From an uncultured Actinomycetes bacterium (GTDB taxonomy: Bacteria > Actinomycetota > Acidimicrobiia > Spongiisociales > DATADW01): 64,000 nucleotides of DNA. Both the position numbers and the translations under genes were made by a program. A model generated the notes under the pieces. That model saw nothing but the letters and a program-made list of their open reading frames with translations, did no database searches and had not been told where the DNA came from. This document shows, one piece after another, positions 46,752-56,848 of the stretch (the stretch's first letter is position 1; each line of letters begins with the position of its first letter). Location: contig CAWGRK010000006.1 in assembly GCA_963824995.1 (NCBI GenBank), positions 132,273 through 196,272 of the forward strand, in the 5' to 3' direction.

Positions 46752-48278
46752 CTACTCCCCGGCGATGGCGGTCCCACCGGTTCGGCGTGGGTCGGCGGCC
46801 GCCACCAGCGTCCGGTCGGCGTGGCGGAGTGCGGCGGCAGCTCCGCCGAAGAACATCGACGCCTCGTCGAACGCCCGCGTGGGGAGACCCACCTCGGAGA
46901 CATCGAGCCCGGGCTCGTATGCAGCGCGAGGGTGCTCGGGCCAGCCCTCGACGTGGAGCCTGGGATGGGCGATGGCATCCTCGAGCGATAGTCCCAAGCG
47001 GGTGATGTTGAGAAAGACCATCGCCAGGGCGCTCGTGATCCGATCGGCACCTGGCGTGCCAACCGCCATCACCCGCCCGCTGTCGTCGAGCGCCACCGAC
47101 GGCGCCATGTTCGAGGCGAGACGGGTCCCCGGCGCCAGGGCGTGGACGCCGCGGCGGTTGAGTTCCAACTCGCCGAGGCAGTTGTTGAGCCATATCCCCG
47201 TTCCCGCTGGGAGCACCCCCGAGCCGTACCCTGCCGACATCGTGGCGGCGCACGCCAGACCGTCGGCATCGACCGCCGAGACGTGAATCGTCGAGGCAGC
47301 GCCCATCCCAGCCAACTCCTCGATGGTGCTCGCACCCAACAGTTCGGTCACCGCCTGCTCGGGCGACTCCCCGCGGTCTACCCGTGAGGCGCGGTAGGCG
47401 AAGACAGCTGCAAGCGCCTCGGCGAATCGAGCCACGTCGGCTGCCTCCCAAACGCTCACCGGCCGGTCGCCCATCATGCGGAGCACTGCTGCCACCGCGG
47501 CACCGCCCACAGCCGGAGGCGGAACCGTGGCCAGGGTCCAGCCCGCGCTCTCCACCCGCAGAGGGGTACGGCGCAACACCCGGTATGCGGCCAGGTCTTC
47601 GATGGTGAGGATCCCGCCCTCCGTCTCGACGGCGGCGGCGATGCGCCGGCCGAGATCGCCACCATGGAGAACGGCGGGTCCTTCCTCGGCGAGTTGGATG
47701 AGCGAGTCGACGAGACCCTCGACGTGCACCGTCGCCCCGGTCGAGAGCGGAGCCCCGTCGCCGCCGGTGATTGCCACCCGGCTCGCATCCTCCCTGCCGA
47801 AGATCTCCATCGCACCCTGGGTGAGGTAGCGGTGCGACGCCGCCGGCAAGGGGAAGCCGGATGCGGCGGCGATGATCGACGGCTCCCACAGTTCGGGCCA
47901 GGGCAGCCGGCCATGGCCGTTCGCCGCGGCGGCGAACGCTGCAACCGAGCCCGGGGTGGCAACCGAGCCCGGCCCGACCAACGTCGTGGTCCCCCCGCCG
48001 TACTCCATCGACACCTCGAACATGGCCTGTCCGAATCGATCGGGGGATAGTCCGCGGCCGGGCATCTCGACCTGGCCGTCGTAGACGACGCTCGTCCCCT
48101 CAGGTGTGAGGACGGTGATGAACCCCCCGGCACCGAGCGAGGACACACCTGGTTCGGAGATCGAGGCGAAAACGGTGGCAGCAATGGCGGCGTCGACCGC
48201 GTTGCCGCCGGCATCGGCAATGGCGGCCCCCGCAGCGGCGGCCAGTGCCGAAGGAGCGGCGACTGCTACCCGACCCAT
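46752..48278 (-). CDS. ggt: Gamma-glutamyltransferase family (Ntn hydrolase)
   Basis: GGNAVDAAIA, LGAGGF, ATPGSV, STIHVSAVD (Thr nucleophile), LNN, SNMAP, GTPGADRI, AADPRR. Confidence 0.9.
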   Translation of the reverse strand: MGRVAVAAPSALAAAAGAAIADAGGNAVDAAIAATVFASISEPGVSSLGAGGFITVLTPEGTSVVYDGQVEMPGRGLSPDRFGQAMFEVSMEYGGGTTTLVGPGSVATPGSVAAFAAAANGHGRLPWPELWEPSIIAAASGFPLPAASHRYLTQGAMEIFGREDASRVAITGGDGAPLSTGATVHVEGLVDSLIQLAEEGPAVLHGGDLGRRIAAAVETEGGILTIEDLAAYRVLRRTPLRVESAGWTLATVPPPAVGGAAVAAVLRMMGDRPVSVWEAADVARFAEALAAVFAYRASRVDRGESPEQAVTELLGASTIEELAGMGAASTIHVSAVDADGLACAATMSAGYGSGVLPAGTGIWLNNCLGELELNRRGVHALAPGTRLASNMAPSVALDDSGRVMAVGTPGADRITSALAMVFLNITRLGLSLEDAIAHPRLHVEGWPEHPRAAYEPGLDVSEVGLPTRAFDEASMFFGGAAAALRHADRTLVAAADPRRTGGTAIAGE

Positions 48279-48288
48279 GCTCCCGAGG

Positions 48289-48621
48289 CTACCGAGACCC
48301 GACTTCTGTGACCGACTCCTCGACCACGTCATGGGTCACCTGCTCGGCGACGATCTCGATCCGGCTGCGCCGGCCTTCAGGCCCCTCCCAGAACCGGCGC
48401 TGGGCGCTGCCCGCCACCCACACCCGGCGGCCCGGTTCGAGATCGGTGGCCACCTCCTCGCTCGGGTCCCAAAGCGTCACCGGGAGGACGTCGATCCGAC
48501 GCCTTGGAGTCTCGGTCCGCACGGTCACCAGGTACCTGATCAGCCGGGCGCCCGAGTCGAAGACCCTCATCTCGGGAGCCGAGGCGAGTTGCCCCGACAA
48601 CACGACGAGGTTGAGATCCAT
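48289..48621 (-). CDS. ssb: Short single-stranded DNA-binding protein paralog (OB fold, no acidic tail)
   Basis: NLVVLSGQL..PEMR..SG, VTLW, LEPGRRVWVAGS.QRRFW..GRRSRIEIVA. Confidence 0.8.
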   Translation of the reverse strand: MDLNLVVLSGQLASAPEMRVFDSGARLIRYLVTVRTETPRRRIDVLPVTLWDPSEEVATDLEPGRRVWVAGSAQRRFWEGPEGRRSRIEIVAEQVTHDVVEESVTEVGSR

Positions 48622-48658
48622 TTCCGCTCCTCTCCGGGGAGCGCGGGGAACGCACGGA

Positions 48659-48680
48659 AACGTAAGACCGGGGTGCGACA
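48659..48680 (-). promoter_or_regulatory. PafBC-type (RecA-NDp) DNA-damage promoter motif
   Basis: TGTCGC-N10-TACGTT, 38 bp upstream of the ssb start; matches TGTCGG-N10-TANNNT. Confidence 0.65.
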
Positions 48681-48688
48681 TTCGCGGG

Positions 48689-49474
48689 TCAGCCCTGGTC
48701 GTCCTCCCGGAGAGCCTCGCCCCACTCGGTGGCCAAAGGACCAGACGACCGCATGATCAACAGCATCGAGCCCGCGGTGCGCACCAGGTGCGGCGTACCG
48801 GGCGGTCGGTGGAAGTACCCGCCTGCCTGGTATCGATGGACCTTCACCCCGTCGCTCAGACCCACCGCCGTTGCCGCCTCCCCCTCGAGGAGGAAGCCCT
48901 CTTCGCTCACAGGGTGCCGGTGCCAGGTGGATCGCTTCCCCCAATGCACGCCCGCCATGAGCCAGACGACCGGCCCGGGTGGGCCGTGGACCGTCTTCAC
49001 CATGAGCCCGGGCGGAAGATCAGGATCCTCCGCCGGCTCCCACTCCAGTTCCTCCGTGTCCACCACCGCGGCGGGGTCGTCGGTCACCGCCTCACCAAAG
49101 CTCAGCGGGCCCCCGGAGTGGGCGAGCACGACGGTGTCGATCGGTGCCGAGTATCGGCCGGAGCTCCCCGCCGGCATCGCCAGGTGGGTCATTGGTCGCA
49201 GCGGTCGCCCGTCGAGTTGCAGCCTCCCGCTGACCACGAACAACTCGAGCGGAGCGGAGAAGCCGCCACGCCCCGACCGCCAACCGGCGGGGATGCGGAT
49301 CAACTGGGTCGATCGACCCGACGGATCGCGCGACAGCGTCTTGGCCTCGCAGCCCGGAGGCAGGCCGGGCACCACGAAGGCGCGAGCGGCGAGATCGCTC
49401 TCGTGGAATCCCCCGATGAAGTGGCGGGAGCGATCGATGGTCGCCGGATCGCGAGTCGTGTTGGGCGCGGTCAC
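48689..49474 (-). CDS. Double cupin protein (DUF4437/ChrR-like)
   Basis: KTLSRD..STQLIRIPAGW, LELFVVSG; second cupin HRHPVSEEGFLLEG..GGYFHRPPGTPH. Confidence 0.65.
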   Translation of the reverse strand: MTAPNTTRDPATIDRSRHFIGGFHESDLAARAFVVPGLPPGCEAKTLSRDPSGRSTQLIRIPAGWRSGRGGFSAPLELFVVSGRLQLDGRPLRPMTHLAMPAGSSGRYSAPIDTVVLAHSGGPLSFGEAVTDDPAAVVDTEELEWEPAEDPDLPPGLMVKTVHGPPGPVVWLMAGVHWGKRSTWHRHPVSEEGFLLEGEAATAVGLSDGVKVHRYQAGGYFHRPPGTPHLVRTAGSMLLIMRSSGPLATEWGEALREDDQG

Positions 49475-49567
49475 ACCAATCTCCGTCGAGCCGACACCGT
49501 CCTACGACGGGTGCCGACCACCGTACCCTTGACCCCGCCAACGGAGACCGCACCTGGAGAGAGATCG

Positions 49568-51283
49568 ATGGACGCCGCGCCAAGTGGCCACGGTTCGCCA
49601 GAAGCCGAGATGAGCCGTCGCCTGTTCCTCGCCACGATGACCAAAGGTATGGCCGGGATCAGTGCCGCTGGAGCCCTCCTCGCCGCCTGCCGACCTACCG
49701 AGGCTTCGACGACCACCACGGCCCTCGCAACGACGTCACTGGCGAGCACCTCGACGGCGGCGGTCACTTCGGTGCCCACGTCCACCACGACGGGAGCTCT
49801 TGCCAAGGAACTGAGGATCGACATCCTCGCCGACCCAACCCCTGACGTCGACCCGCTCAACTGGAGCGCGCAGTCGATTCAGAGGGTCTACCGGCTCACC
49901 AACGAGTCGCTGCTCACCTGGAACGAAAGCCGCGAGATCGTCCCTCAACTCGCCGCACGCCCTCCCGAAGTCGCCGAGGACGGCTTGACATACACGGTCA
50001 CCCTCAAGCAGGGCGTCACCTTCCACAACGGCAAAACGCTCACCTCGGAGGATGTGAGATTCAGCTACGAGACGATCGGCGCCGAGGAGAGCACGTCGCA
50101 GTGGAAGCCCAGAGTGTCGATGATCTCGGCAATCGATACGCCGGACGATCACACCGTTGTCTTCACGCTCGGGAGTGTCTTCACTCCTTTCGCGGGGACG
50201 CTCGCCAGGATCCCGATCGTGCCTTCGAACGTCCCGTACGCGGTGGGTGACACCTATGCGCGTACCACGATCGGGACCGGCCCGTACCGGTTCGTGGAGT
50301 GGACACAGGGCGACCAGATCGTGCTCAAGCAGTTCGAGGGGTACTGGGACGAGGGGCTTCCAGCCACCGAGCAGGTGGTGATGAAGGTGGTCCCCGACGA
50401 TGGTGCGAGGTCGGCCAACGTGGTGACGGGAACGACCCATATCGTGCCCGACCCGGCCCTCAGCCAGCTACATGTCATGAACAGTGGTGGGGCCAGCATC
50501 AACATCGCCGAGGACTCGACGGTCCGGGTCTACATGTATCCCAACCTCGACCCGGCACGGTTCACCGGTGCCTCTTACGCCGCACGGCGTGCCATTGCGG
50601 AGGCAATCGGGCGAGGTGCGATCGCCAACGAGGCCTATTTCGGTACAGCCATCCCGGCATCGACGTTGCTCTCCAGCGGGGCCGATCACTTCGACCCCTC
50701 ATTGGGAGACTTCTTCGGCGGCTCTGCTGATCCCGAGGAGGCGGCGCTGTACCTCGAGGAGGCCGGGGGGCCACCGGTGGAGACGCTCGGGCTCTACCTC
50801 ATCGACGACCCGTATCTCTTGGACACAGCGGTGATGGTCCAGGCCGACCTCGCCGCGGCGGGAATACCCGTGGCGCTGTTCGTGGAAAGCACCAGTCAGG
50901 TGGTGGAGAGGCTCACCGTGACCGGGGACTACGACCTCGTGCTGCTCGCCGTCGAGGCCCAGGCTGCGTCAGGTTTCGGGTCCGAGTACCCGTACTTGAG
51001 CGCAACCTCGGACATGCCGGGCAATCTGAACGGGTCGCTCTACGGGTTCCCCGCTGACGAGGAGTACGACGCCCTCCTGCTCGCCGCGGTACAGACGCCA
51101 GAGGAAGAGGCCGGTGCCGCCTGGCAGGCGGTGCAACGCTACGACGTCGAGCAGGGCCTCTATCAGATCCAGATCGTCACCGCTCGCTATGTGGAGGCGA
51201 TCGCGGAATCGGTGATGGGATACCGGGCGTCCTCGCTTGGAGGTCCGTACAACGTCAAGGACGCCACGGCTCGTACTTCATGA
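49568..51283 (+). CDS. Family 5 (peptide/nickel) ABC substrate-binding protein, Tat lipoprotein, orphan
   Basis: SRRLFL Tat motif, LAAC lipobox, DGLTYTVTLKQGVTFHNG, IGTGPY. Confidence 0.88.
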   Translation: MDAAPSGHGSPEAEMSRRLFLATMTKGMAGISAAGALLAACRPTEASTTTTALATTSLASTSTAAVTSVPTSTTTGALAKELRIDILADPTPDVDPLNWSAQSIQRVYRLTNESLLTWNESREIVPQLAARPPEVAEDGLTYTVTLKQGVTFHNGKTLTSEDVRFSYETIGAEESTSQWKPRVSMISAIDTPDDHTVVFTLGSVFTPFAGTLARIPIVPSNVPYAVGDTYARTTIGTGPYRFVEWTQGDQIVLKQFEGYWDEGLPATEQVVMKVVPDDGARSANVVTGTTHIVPDPALSQLHVMNSGGASINIAEDSTVRVYMYPNLDPARFTGASYAARRAIAEAIGRGAIANEAYFGTAIPASTLLSSGADHFDPSLGDFFGGSADPEEAALYLEEAGGPPVETLGLYLIDDPYLLDTAVMVQADLAAAGIPVALFVESTSQVVERLTVTGDYDLVLLAVEAQAASGFGSEYPYLSATSDMPGNLNGSLYGFPADEEYDALLLAAVQTPEEEAGAAWQAVQRYDVEQGLYQIQIVTARYVEAIAESVMGYRASSLGGPYNVKDATARTS

Positions 51284-51346
51284 CCTGCTCGGGGTTCATC
51301 CTTTCAGGGTGGTATCGTAACTGATTCGTTACCGAAGGAGCACCTG

Positions 51347-51754
51347 ATGGCGACCGGATCGGGGACCAAGGAAGACCCCTGGGTGCTGCAGACACCGAGT
51401 CTCACATCGAGCTTCCAGATGTACCGCGACGAGTCGGCCGAGCCCGCGGTGCTGGTGTGCACCGTGGGGAGCACGACCCTCCACTACGACCTGCGCATCA
51501 TCGACGACATGCACACCATGCTCATCGAACGCGGCGACTGGATGCCGCTGGGCAACGCCGACGAGCAGAAGGAGGCACCCGAAGGCTCGGTCGAGGCATG
51601 GGCCCGGTCGGCGGACAACCCGATCGGCGGCTGGTACGGGCTCAAGAAGGGCCTGCGGGGTCGAGTGGGGAACTATGTCACCCCCGTACTCGAGGTGATG
51701 GGTCTTGCCGAGTTGGAGCACAACTCGAGGAACAACCGGATCCGCGCCATCTGA
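51347..51754 (+). CDS. Conserved hypothetical protein (DUF6855-like)
   Basis: GTKEDPW, LGNADEQK..GSVEAWARS..NPIGGWYGLKKGLRGR, EHNSRNNR; family name recalled, not searched. Confidence 0.7.
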   Translation: MATGSGTKEDPWVLQTPSLTSSFQMYRDESAEPAVLVCTVGSTTLHYDLRIIDDMHTMLIERGDWMPLGNADEQKEAPEGSVEAWARSADNPIGGWYGLKKGLRGRVGNYVTPVLEVMGLAELEHNSRNNRIRAI

Positions 51755-51764
51755 GCGGAGCCTG

Positions 51765-52247
51765 TCAGATCGGACGGCGGCGCTTCGAGGTGATGACCCC
51801 GGTGTCGAACCCGCCGAGGTGGAGCCCTCCGGCGAACCGGGCATGCTCGATCTTGAGGCAGCGGTCCTGAACGACTGCGAGACCCGCCCGGCGGGCCCGT
51901 TCCGCCGCCTCCTCGTGGCGCAGCCCCAATTGCATCCACACCACCTTGGCTCCCACGTCGATCGCCTCCTCCACCACCGATGGGATCTCCTCGGCCCGCC
52001 GGAACACGTCGACTATGTCGGGTGGCTCGGGGAGATCGGCCAGCGTCGGGTAGCAGCGCAGCCCGAGCACCTCGTCGTAGGTGGGGTTGACCGGCCAGAT
52101 GGTGTAGCGGGTGCGGATCAAATAGGTGGCGACGAAATTGGACGACCGCAGCGGGTTGGCCGAAACCCCGACCAGGGCGACCGTCCGGGCCGTGTTCAGG
52201 ATCCGCAACCTCTCACCGCCCGCAGCGTCGGCCGTACCAATGGTCAC
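51765..52247 (-). CDS. CoA-binding protein (YccU-like)
   Basis: VALVGVSANP, PVNP, DIVDVFRR, VWMQLG, VVQDRC. Confidence 0.92.
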   Translation of the reverse strand: MTIGTADAAGGERLRILNTARTVALVGVSANPLRSSNFVATYLIRTRYTIWPVNPTYDEVLGLRCYPTLADLPEPPDIVDVFRRAEEIPSVVEEAIDVGAKVVWMQLGLRHEEAAERARRAGLAVVQDRCLKIEHARFAGGLHLGGFDTGVITSKRRRPI

Positions 52248-53521
52248 TCGAGTGCCCGGTCCAAGTCCCAGAGGATGTCTTCGGGGTCCTCGAGGCCTAC
52301 CGAGATGCGGATCATGTCGTCGCTCACTCCCGATGCGGCCCGGCTCTCGGGTGGGACCTGTTGATGGGTGGTCGAGGCGGGATGGATCACCAGCGTCTTG
52401 GCATCACCTACGTTGGCCAGGTGGCTGGCCAACTCGACCGACTCGATGAACCTCACACCCGCATCGAAGCCACCGGTCAGACCGAAGGTGAACACCGCAC
52501 CCGGTCCACCCGGGGTGTACTTCTCGGCGAGGTGACGGGTGGGGCTGTCGTCGAAGATCGGGTAGCTCACCCAGGTAACCGCCGGGTGCTCAGCGAGGTG
52601 CTCGGCCACCATCCTGGCGTTGGAGGTATGGGCCTGCATCCGCAGCGGCAGCGTCTCCAACCCGAGAAGCAGGAGGAAGGCGTTGAACGGCGAGAGAGCG
52701 GCGCCCACGTCGCGCAGCAACTCCACCCGCGCCTTGCTCAGCCACCCGTACTCGCGGAAGTTTTCCCAGAAGCGGAGGCCGTGGTAGGCGGGTGATGGCT
52801 CGGTGAGGGCGGCGAACTTGCCGTTGTCCCAGGGGAAACGTCCCGACTCGACGATCACGCCGGCGATGACGGCGCCGTGACCGCCAATGAACTTGGTGGC
52901 CGAGTGGACCACGATGTCGGCCCCCCACTCCATCGGCCGGCAGAGGAACGGGGTGGCGAAGGTGTTGTCGATCATGAGCGGGATGTCGTGCGAATGGGCC
53001 ACCTCGGAGATGGCCTCGATGTCGAGCACGTCGCCGCGGGGATTGCCGATCGTCTCGCCGTAGATCAGCTTGGTCCGTTCGGACACCGCCCGGTCGAAGG
53101 CCTCAGGAGATGCGGGATCGACGAAGTCGACGGAGATACCCATCTTCCTCAATGTGACATCGAACTGCGTATAGGTCCCCCCGTACAGGTTGCGAGCGGC
53201 CACGATGTGGTCACCCGCCGAGGCGGTCGTCAGGACGGCGATGAGCTGCGCGGCCTGACCCGATCCCGTGGCGACCGCCCCCAGACCGCCCTCGAGCGAG
53301 GCCAACCGCTCCTCGAAGGCGGCGTTAGTGGGGTTGCCGATCCTGGTGTAGATGTTCCCCCAGTTCTGCAGGGCGAACAGGTCAGCGGCGTGCTGGGCGT
53401 CCTCGAACACGAAAGAAGTCGTGGCGTAGATGGGCATCGCCCGGGCACCAGTCTCGGGGTCGGGACGCTGGCCGGCATGGATGGCCCGGGTTGCGAAACC
53501 GAATTCGTGCTGCTCCTCCAC
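52244..53521 (-). CDS. metY: Second O-acetylhomoserine sulfhydrylase paralog
   Basis: [40 protein letters not shown] start just downstream of a TACAAT -10 box (probably leaderless). Confidence 0.92.
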   Translation of the reverse strand: MEEQHEFGFATRAIHAGQRPDPETGARAMPIYATTSFVFEDAQHAADLFALQNWGNIYTRIGNPTNAAFEERLASLEGGLGAVATGSGQAAQLIAVLTTASAGDHIVAARNLYGGTYTQFDVTLRKMGISVDFVDPASPEAFDRAVSERTKLIYGETIGNPRGDVLDIEAISEVAHSHDIPLMIDNTFATPFLCRPMEWGADIVVHSATKFIGGHGAVIAGVIVESGRFPWDNGKFAALTEPSPAYHGLRFWENFREYGWLSKARVELLRDVGAALSPFNAFLLLLGLETLPLRMQAHTSNARMVAEHLAEHPAVTWVSYPIFDDSPTRHLAEKYTPGGPGAVFTFGLTGGFDAGVRFIESVELASHLANVGDAKTLVIHPASTTHQQVPPESRAASGVSDDMIRISVGLEDPEDILWDLDRALE

Positions 53522-53594
53522 GGCCCGGGATTGTACGGGCGCGGCTCGCATCCTCCGCGGTAGCGTCCTCATCTCTCGGAGAGGAGGTGATCGG

Positions 53595-54053
53595 TTGCTC
53601 GAGGAGGGAATGACGCTCCCCGACTTCGGGGCGCTTGACGACCGCCGGCGGCGGATGACAAGACGCGACCTATTGGGGAAATGGGCAGTCGTCTGGTGGT
53701 ACGTCGAGGCGGATACCCCCGGCTGAACACTCGAAGGGGAGGGGTTCCGTGACCGAACCCCTGAATTCGAAGAAGCCGGTGCCGCCATCTTCGGGCTGTC
53801 CTACGACCCGCCCGAGGAAAACCGCGCCTGGTCGGAGATGATGGGATTCAGTTTTCCCTTGCTATCCGACCCCGATCACACCATCGGCCGCGCCCAAGGT
53901 GTCGAACGAGAGCCTGACGACCGTCGCTTCGGGTGGCCGAAACGGGTTACCTATCTCCTCGACCCCGATGGGATCGTGCGCCGCGCCTACCTGGTCACCG
54001 ACAACGCAACCCACCCCGATGAGGTGCTCGCCGATCTCCGATCGCTGCAGTGA
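53595..54053 (+). CDS. bcp: BCP/PrxQ-type peroxiredoxin, selenoprotein (in-frame UGA at 53724-53726)
   Basis: GAGGAGG RBS, TTG start; WWYVEADTPG-UGA-TLEGEGFRD continues in frame to FPLLSD..KRVTYLLDPDG; UGA sits at the peroxidatic Cys of the BCP TPGCT motif. Confidence 0.85.
53731..53770 (+). promoter_or_regulatory. Bacterial SECIS-like hairpin
   Basis: TCGAA/TTCGA lower stem, AGGGGTTC/GAACCCCT upper stem, loop CGTGACC starting 21 nt after the UGA. Confidence 0.7.
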
Positions 54054-54062
54054 GTGCCGCGC

Positions 54063-55623
54063 TCACCCCTCGACAATGGTGCGGGACTGTTCCCTGAGGT
54101 ACTGGGTGAGGTAATGAGGCCCACCACCGGCCTTGCCACTGGTGCCTGACCCCTTCCAACCACCGAACGGCTGCACCGCCGGCCACGCCCCGGTGGTGGC
54201 ACCGGCTCGGCGGTTGATGTAGACGACACCGGCTTCGATCCCGGTGAGGAATCGGTCGATCTCGTCCTGGTCGTGGCTGTAGAACCCTGCGGTCAGCCCG
54301 TACTCGGTGTCGTTGGCCCGGGCGAGGCCCTCGTCCATGTCGTCCACTGCGGCCACCGCCACGAAGGGGACGAACAGCTCTCTCTTCCAGATCCAAGACG
54401 ACTCTGGGGCGGTGACCACGGTGGGCTGGACGAAGTTCCCCCGGCCCAGGTCGCCCTCGGTGATCACCGCGCCGCCGGTTAGTACCGACCCGGCCGACCG
54501 GGCCTCGGCCACCGCCTCGGTGAAGCGCTCGACTGCTCGCCGATCGATCACCGGCCCGAGATACACGGACCGATCTAGCGGGTTACCCACCGCCACCTTC
54601 TCCGCCTTGGCGATGAGGCCGTCGATGAACTCGTCGACCACCGGGCGCTCCACATAGACCCTCGAGGCGGCGGAGCATTTCTGGCCGCCAAACCCGAATG
54701 CCGATCTCATCACACCGTCGGTTGCCTCGTCGATGTCGGCGGCGGCGGTGACGATCACAGGGTTCTTGCCACCCATCTCGCAGATGGCCGGCTTGGGGTA
54801 GCCGGCGGCGAAGCTGCGGTGGATCCCCATCCCCACCTCGTACGAGCCGGTGAAGGTGATCCCATCGACCTCGGGGTGGTGCACCAGGGCGTCGCCTGCG
54901 ATGGGTCCAGACCCGGTGACGAGGTGGACGGCACCGGCCGGAAGCCCGGCTTCCCGAAGAGCCTCGTAGAGCTTCACCGCCATGAGTCGCGCCGGCATTT
55001 GACGGCTTGAGCACCACGGTGTTCCCGGCAACCAGGGCGGCCCCCGCCGGCCCCGCCGCAAGCGCCATGGGAAAGTTGAAGGGACTAATCACCGCCCAGA
55101 CGCCATAGGGCCGCATCACGTCCCAGGTGGCCTCTTCCGGCGACAGCCGGTTCATCGCCTTGGTGTAGCCGTCGTGGTCCTCGATCTCGTGGCAGTAGTA
55201 ACGGATCAGATCGGCCGACTCCTCGACGTCACCCAATGCCTCGAGCCGGTTCTTCCCCACCTCCATGGTCATCAGAGCCGCCAGCTCGAAGCGCCGCTCG
55301 CTGATGACGTCTGCGGCGTCACGCAACAGCCGGACCCGCTCCTGCCAGGGCGTGGTCGCCCAGGTGGGGGCGAAAGAGCGAGCGGCGTCGACTGCGTCAG
55401 CAACGTCCTTCTCGGTGGCCTGGGCGAAACGGCCAAGGACGACGTCGCCATCGATCGGTGAGCGCTCCTCGTGCTCGCCGTCACCGGCGCGCGCCTCACC
55501 GTCGATCATCAACGGATGGCTGTCGCCGAGGCGGGCACGGGCCGCCTCTATCCCGCGGTCGTAACCCTCGTGGAGATCGGCGTCGTCCGCCGACATGGTT
55601 GCGTATGTGACCCGAAAGCTCAT
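54063..55623 (-). CDS. Aldehyde dehydrogenase (RocA-like pyrroline-5-carboxylate dehydrogenase family), frameshift near 54995
   Basis: VISPFNFP, GNTVVLKPS, FTGS, EMGGKN, GQKCSA, ELFVP, QPFGG. Confidence 0.88.
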
Positions 55624-55754
55624 GGCGCCGAACCTTATAGGTTGCGGCGGGACAATCCGTCTTGGCGTCACTTCAGGCGCTCATCCCGCGTCTGGTGACG
55701 CCAAAGCCGGTCTAGCGGTCGTGGGTGCTGGCACCACTCCTACGATCGACCGCC

Positions 55755-56848
55755 ATGTCAAACCTGTCGATGCCGGTGGTGTGGACCGACCGGCACCGTC
55801 TCCACGAGCCCAAGGGCGAGGTGTGGCTCGGGGTGTGGATCGAAGGGACCGAGGTGCCTGCCAGGGGTGATCGGATCCGCGCCGCCCTCGAGGACGCACA
55901 CGCCTCGTTCGTGGAACCCGCCAGCTACGACGAGGCTCCGTTCGAAGCTGTACATGACCCTGCCCTCCTCTCCTTCCTGGAGACCGCATACGACGAGTGG
56001 GTCGCCGGTGGGTACCTCGAAGAACCGGGGCAGGACCGGGTGGTGCCATATGTATTCCCGCTCCCCCAACTGACACCGGGGCGGGCGCCACATTGGCCGG
56101 CATCCATGTCGGCGCGAACCGGGATGTTCGCCATGGACACGATGACGTTGATCGGTCCCGGCACCTGGGAGGCGGCGCGTGCCGTCGCCGAGGCGGCGCT
56201 CACCGCGGCCGACCTGGTCGCAGGCGGCGTTCCAGCCGCATACGCCATGTGCCGCCCGCCCGGGCACCACGTCGGGCGCGACTTCTACGGGGGGTCGTGC
56301 TATCTGAACAACGCCGCCATCGCCGCGCAGAGGATGCGATCCGGCGGCATCCCGAGGGTCGGGATCGTCGACCTCGACGCCCACCACGGCAACGGGACGC
56401 AGGAGATCTTCTACCAGCGGTGCCGACGTGGTGTATGGCTCGGTCCACGTCGACCCAGGCGCCGGATGGTTCCCCCACTTCGCCGGCTACGACGACGAGA
56501 CCGGGGAAGCGGACGGAGCCGGAGCCAACCTGAACCTCCCGTTGCCACCGGGGACCGGCGATGCCGAGTGGCTGCGAAGCGGTCGGTCGATTGATCGGTT
56601 CGTCGCCACGGACCACCGGGTGGGTGCAGCTGGTGGTGTCGTTGGGGGTCGATGCGGCCCGGGACGACCCGGAGAGCCCGTTGCAGGTCACGGTCGACGG
56701 CTATGCGGAAGCAGGCCGGATGATCGGCGAGCTCGGGTTCCCCACCGTCTTCGTCCAGGAAGGCGGGTACCACCTGGACAGCCTGGGCGGATTCGTGCTG
56801 GCTACGCTGCTCGCCTTCGAGGGGGAGAAGCGGGAGAGGCATGACTGA
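55755..56848 (+). CDS. Histone deacetylase family / acetylpolyamine amidohydrolase, frameshifts at ~56420 and ~56600
   Basis: RPPGHH, GSCYLNNAA, VDLDAHHGNGTQEIF, NLNLPL, SLGVD, QEGGY. Confidence 0.9.

Noticed and set aside
48245..49567. N-terminal ~440 aa of the 1012-aa ORF as a giant SBP fusion
   Set aside because: It overlaps ssb and the cupin gene on the opposite strand; the Tat signal at ~49610 marks the real N-terminus
51317..51332. Palindrome GTAAC-N6-GTTAC upstream of the DUF6855-like gene (GlnR-like box)
   Set aside because: Single short match with no nitrogen-related context; cannot be supported
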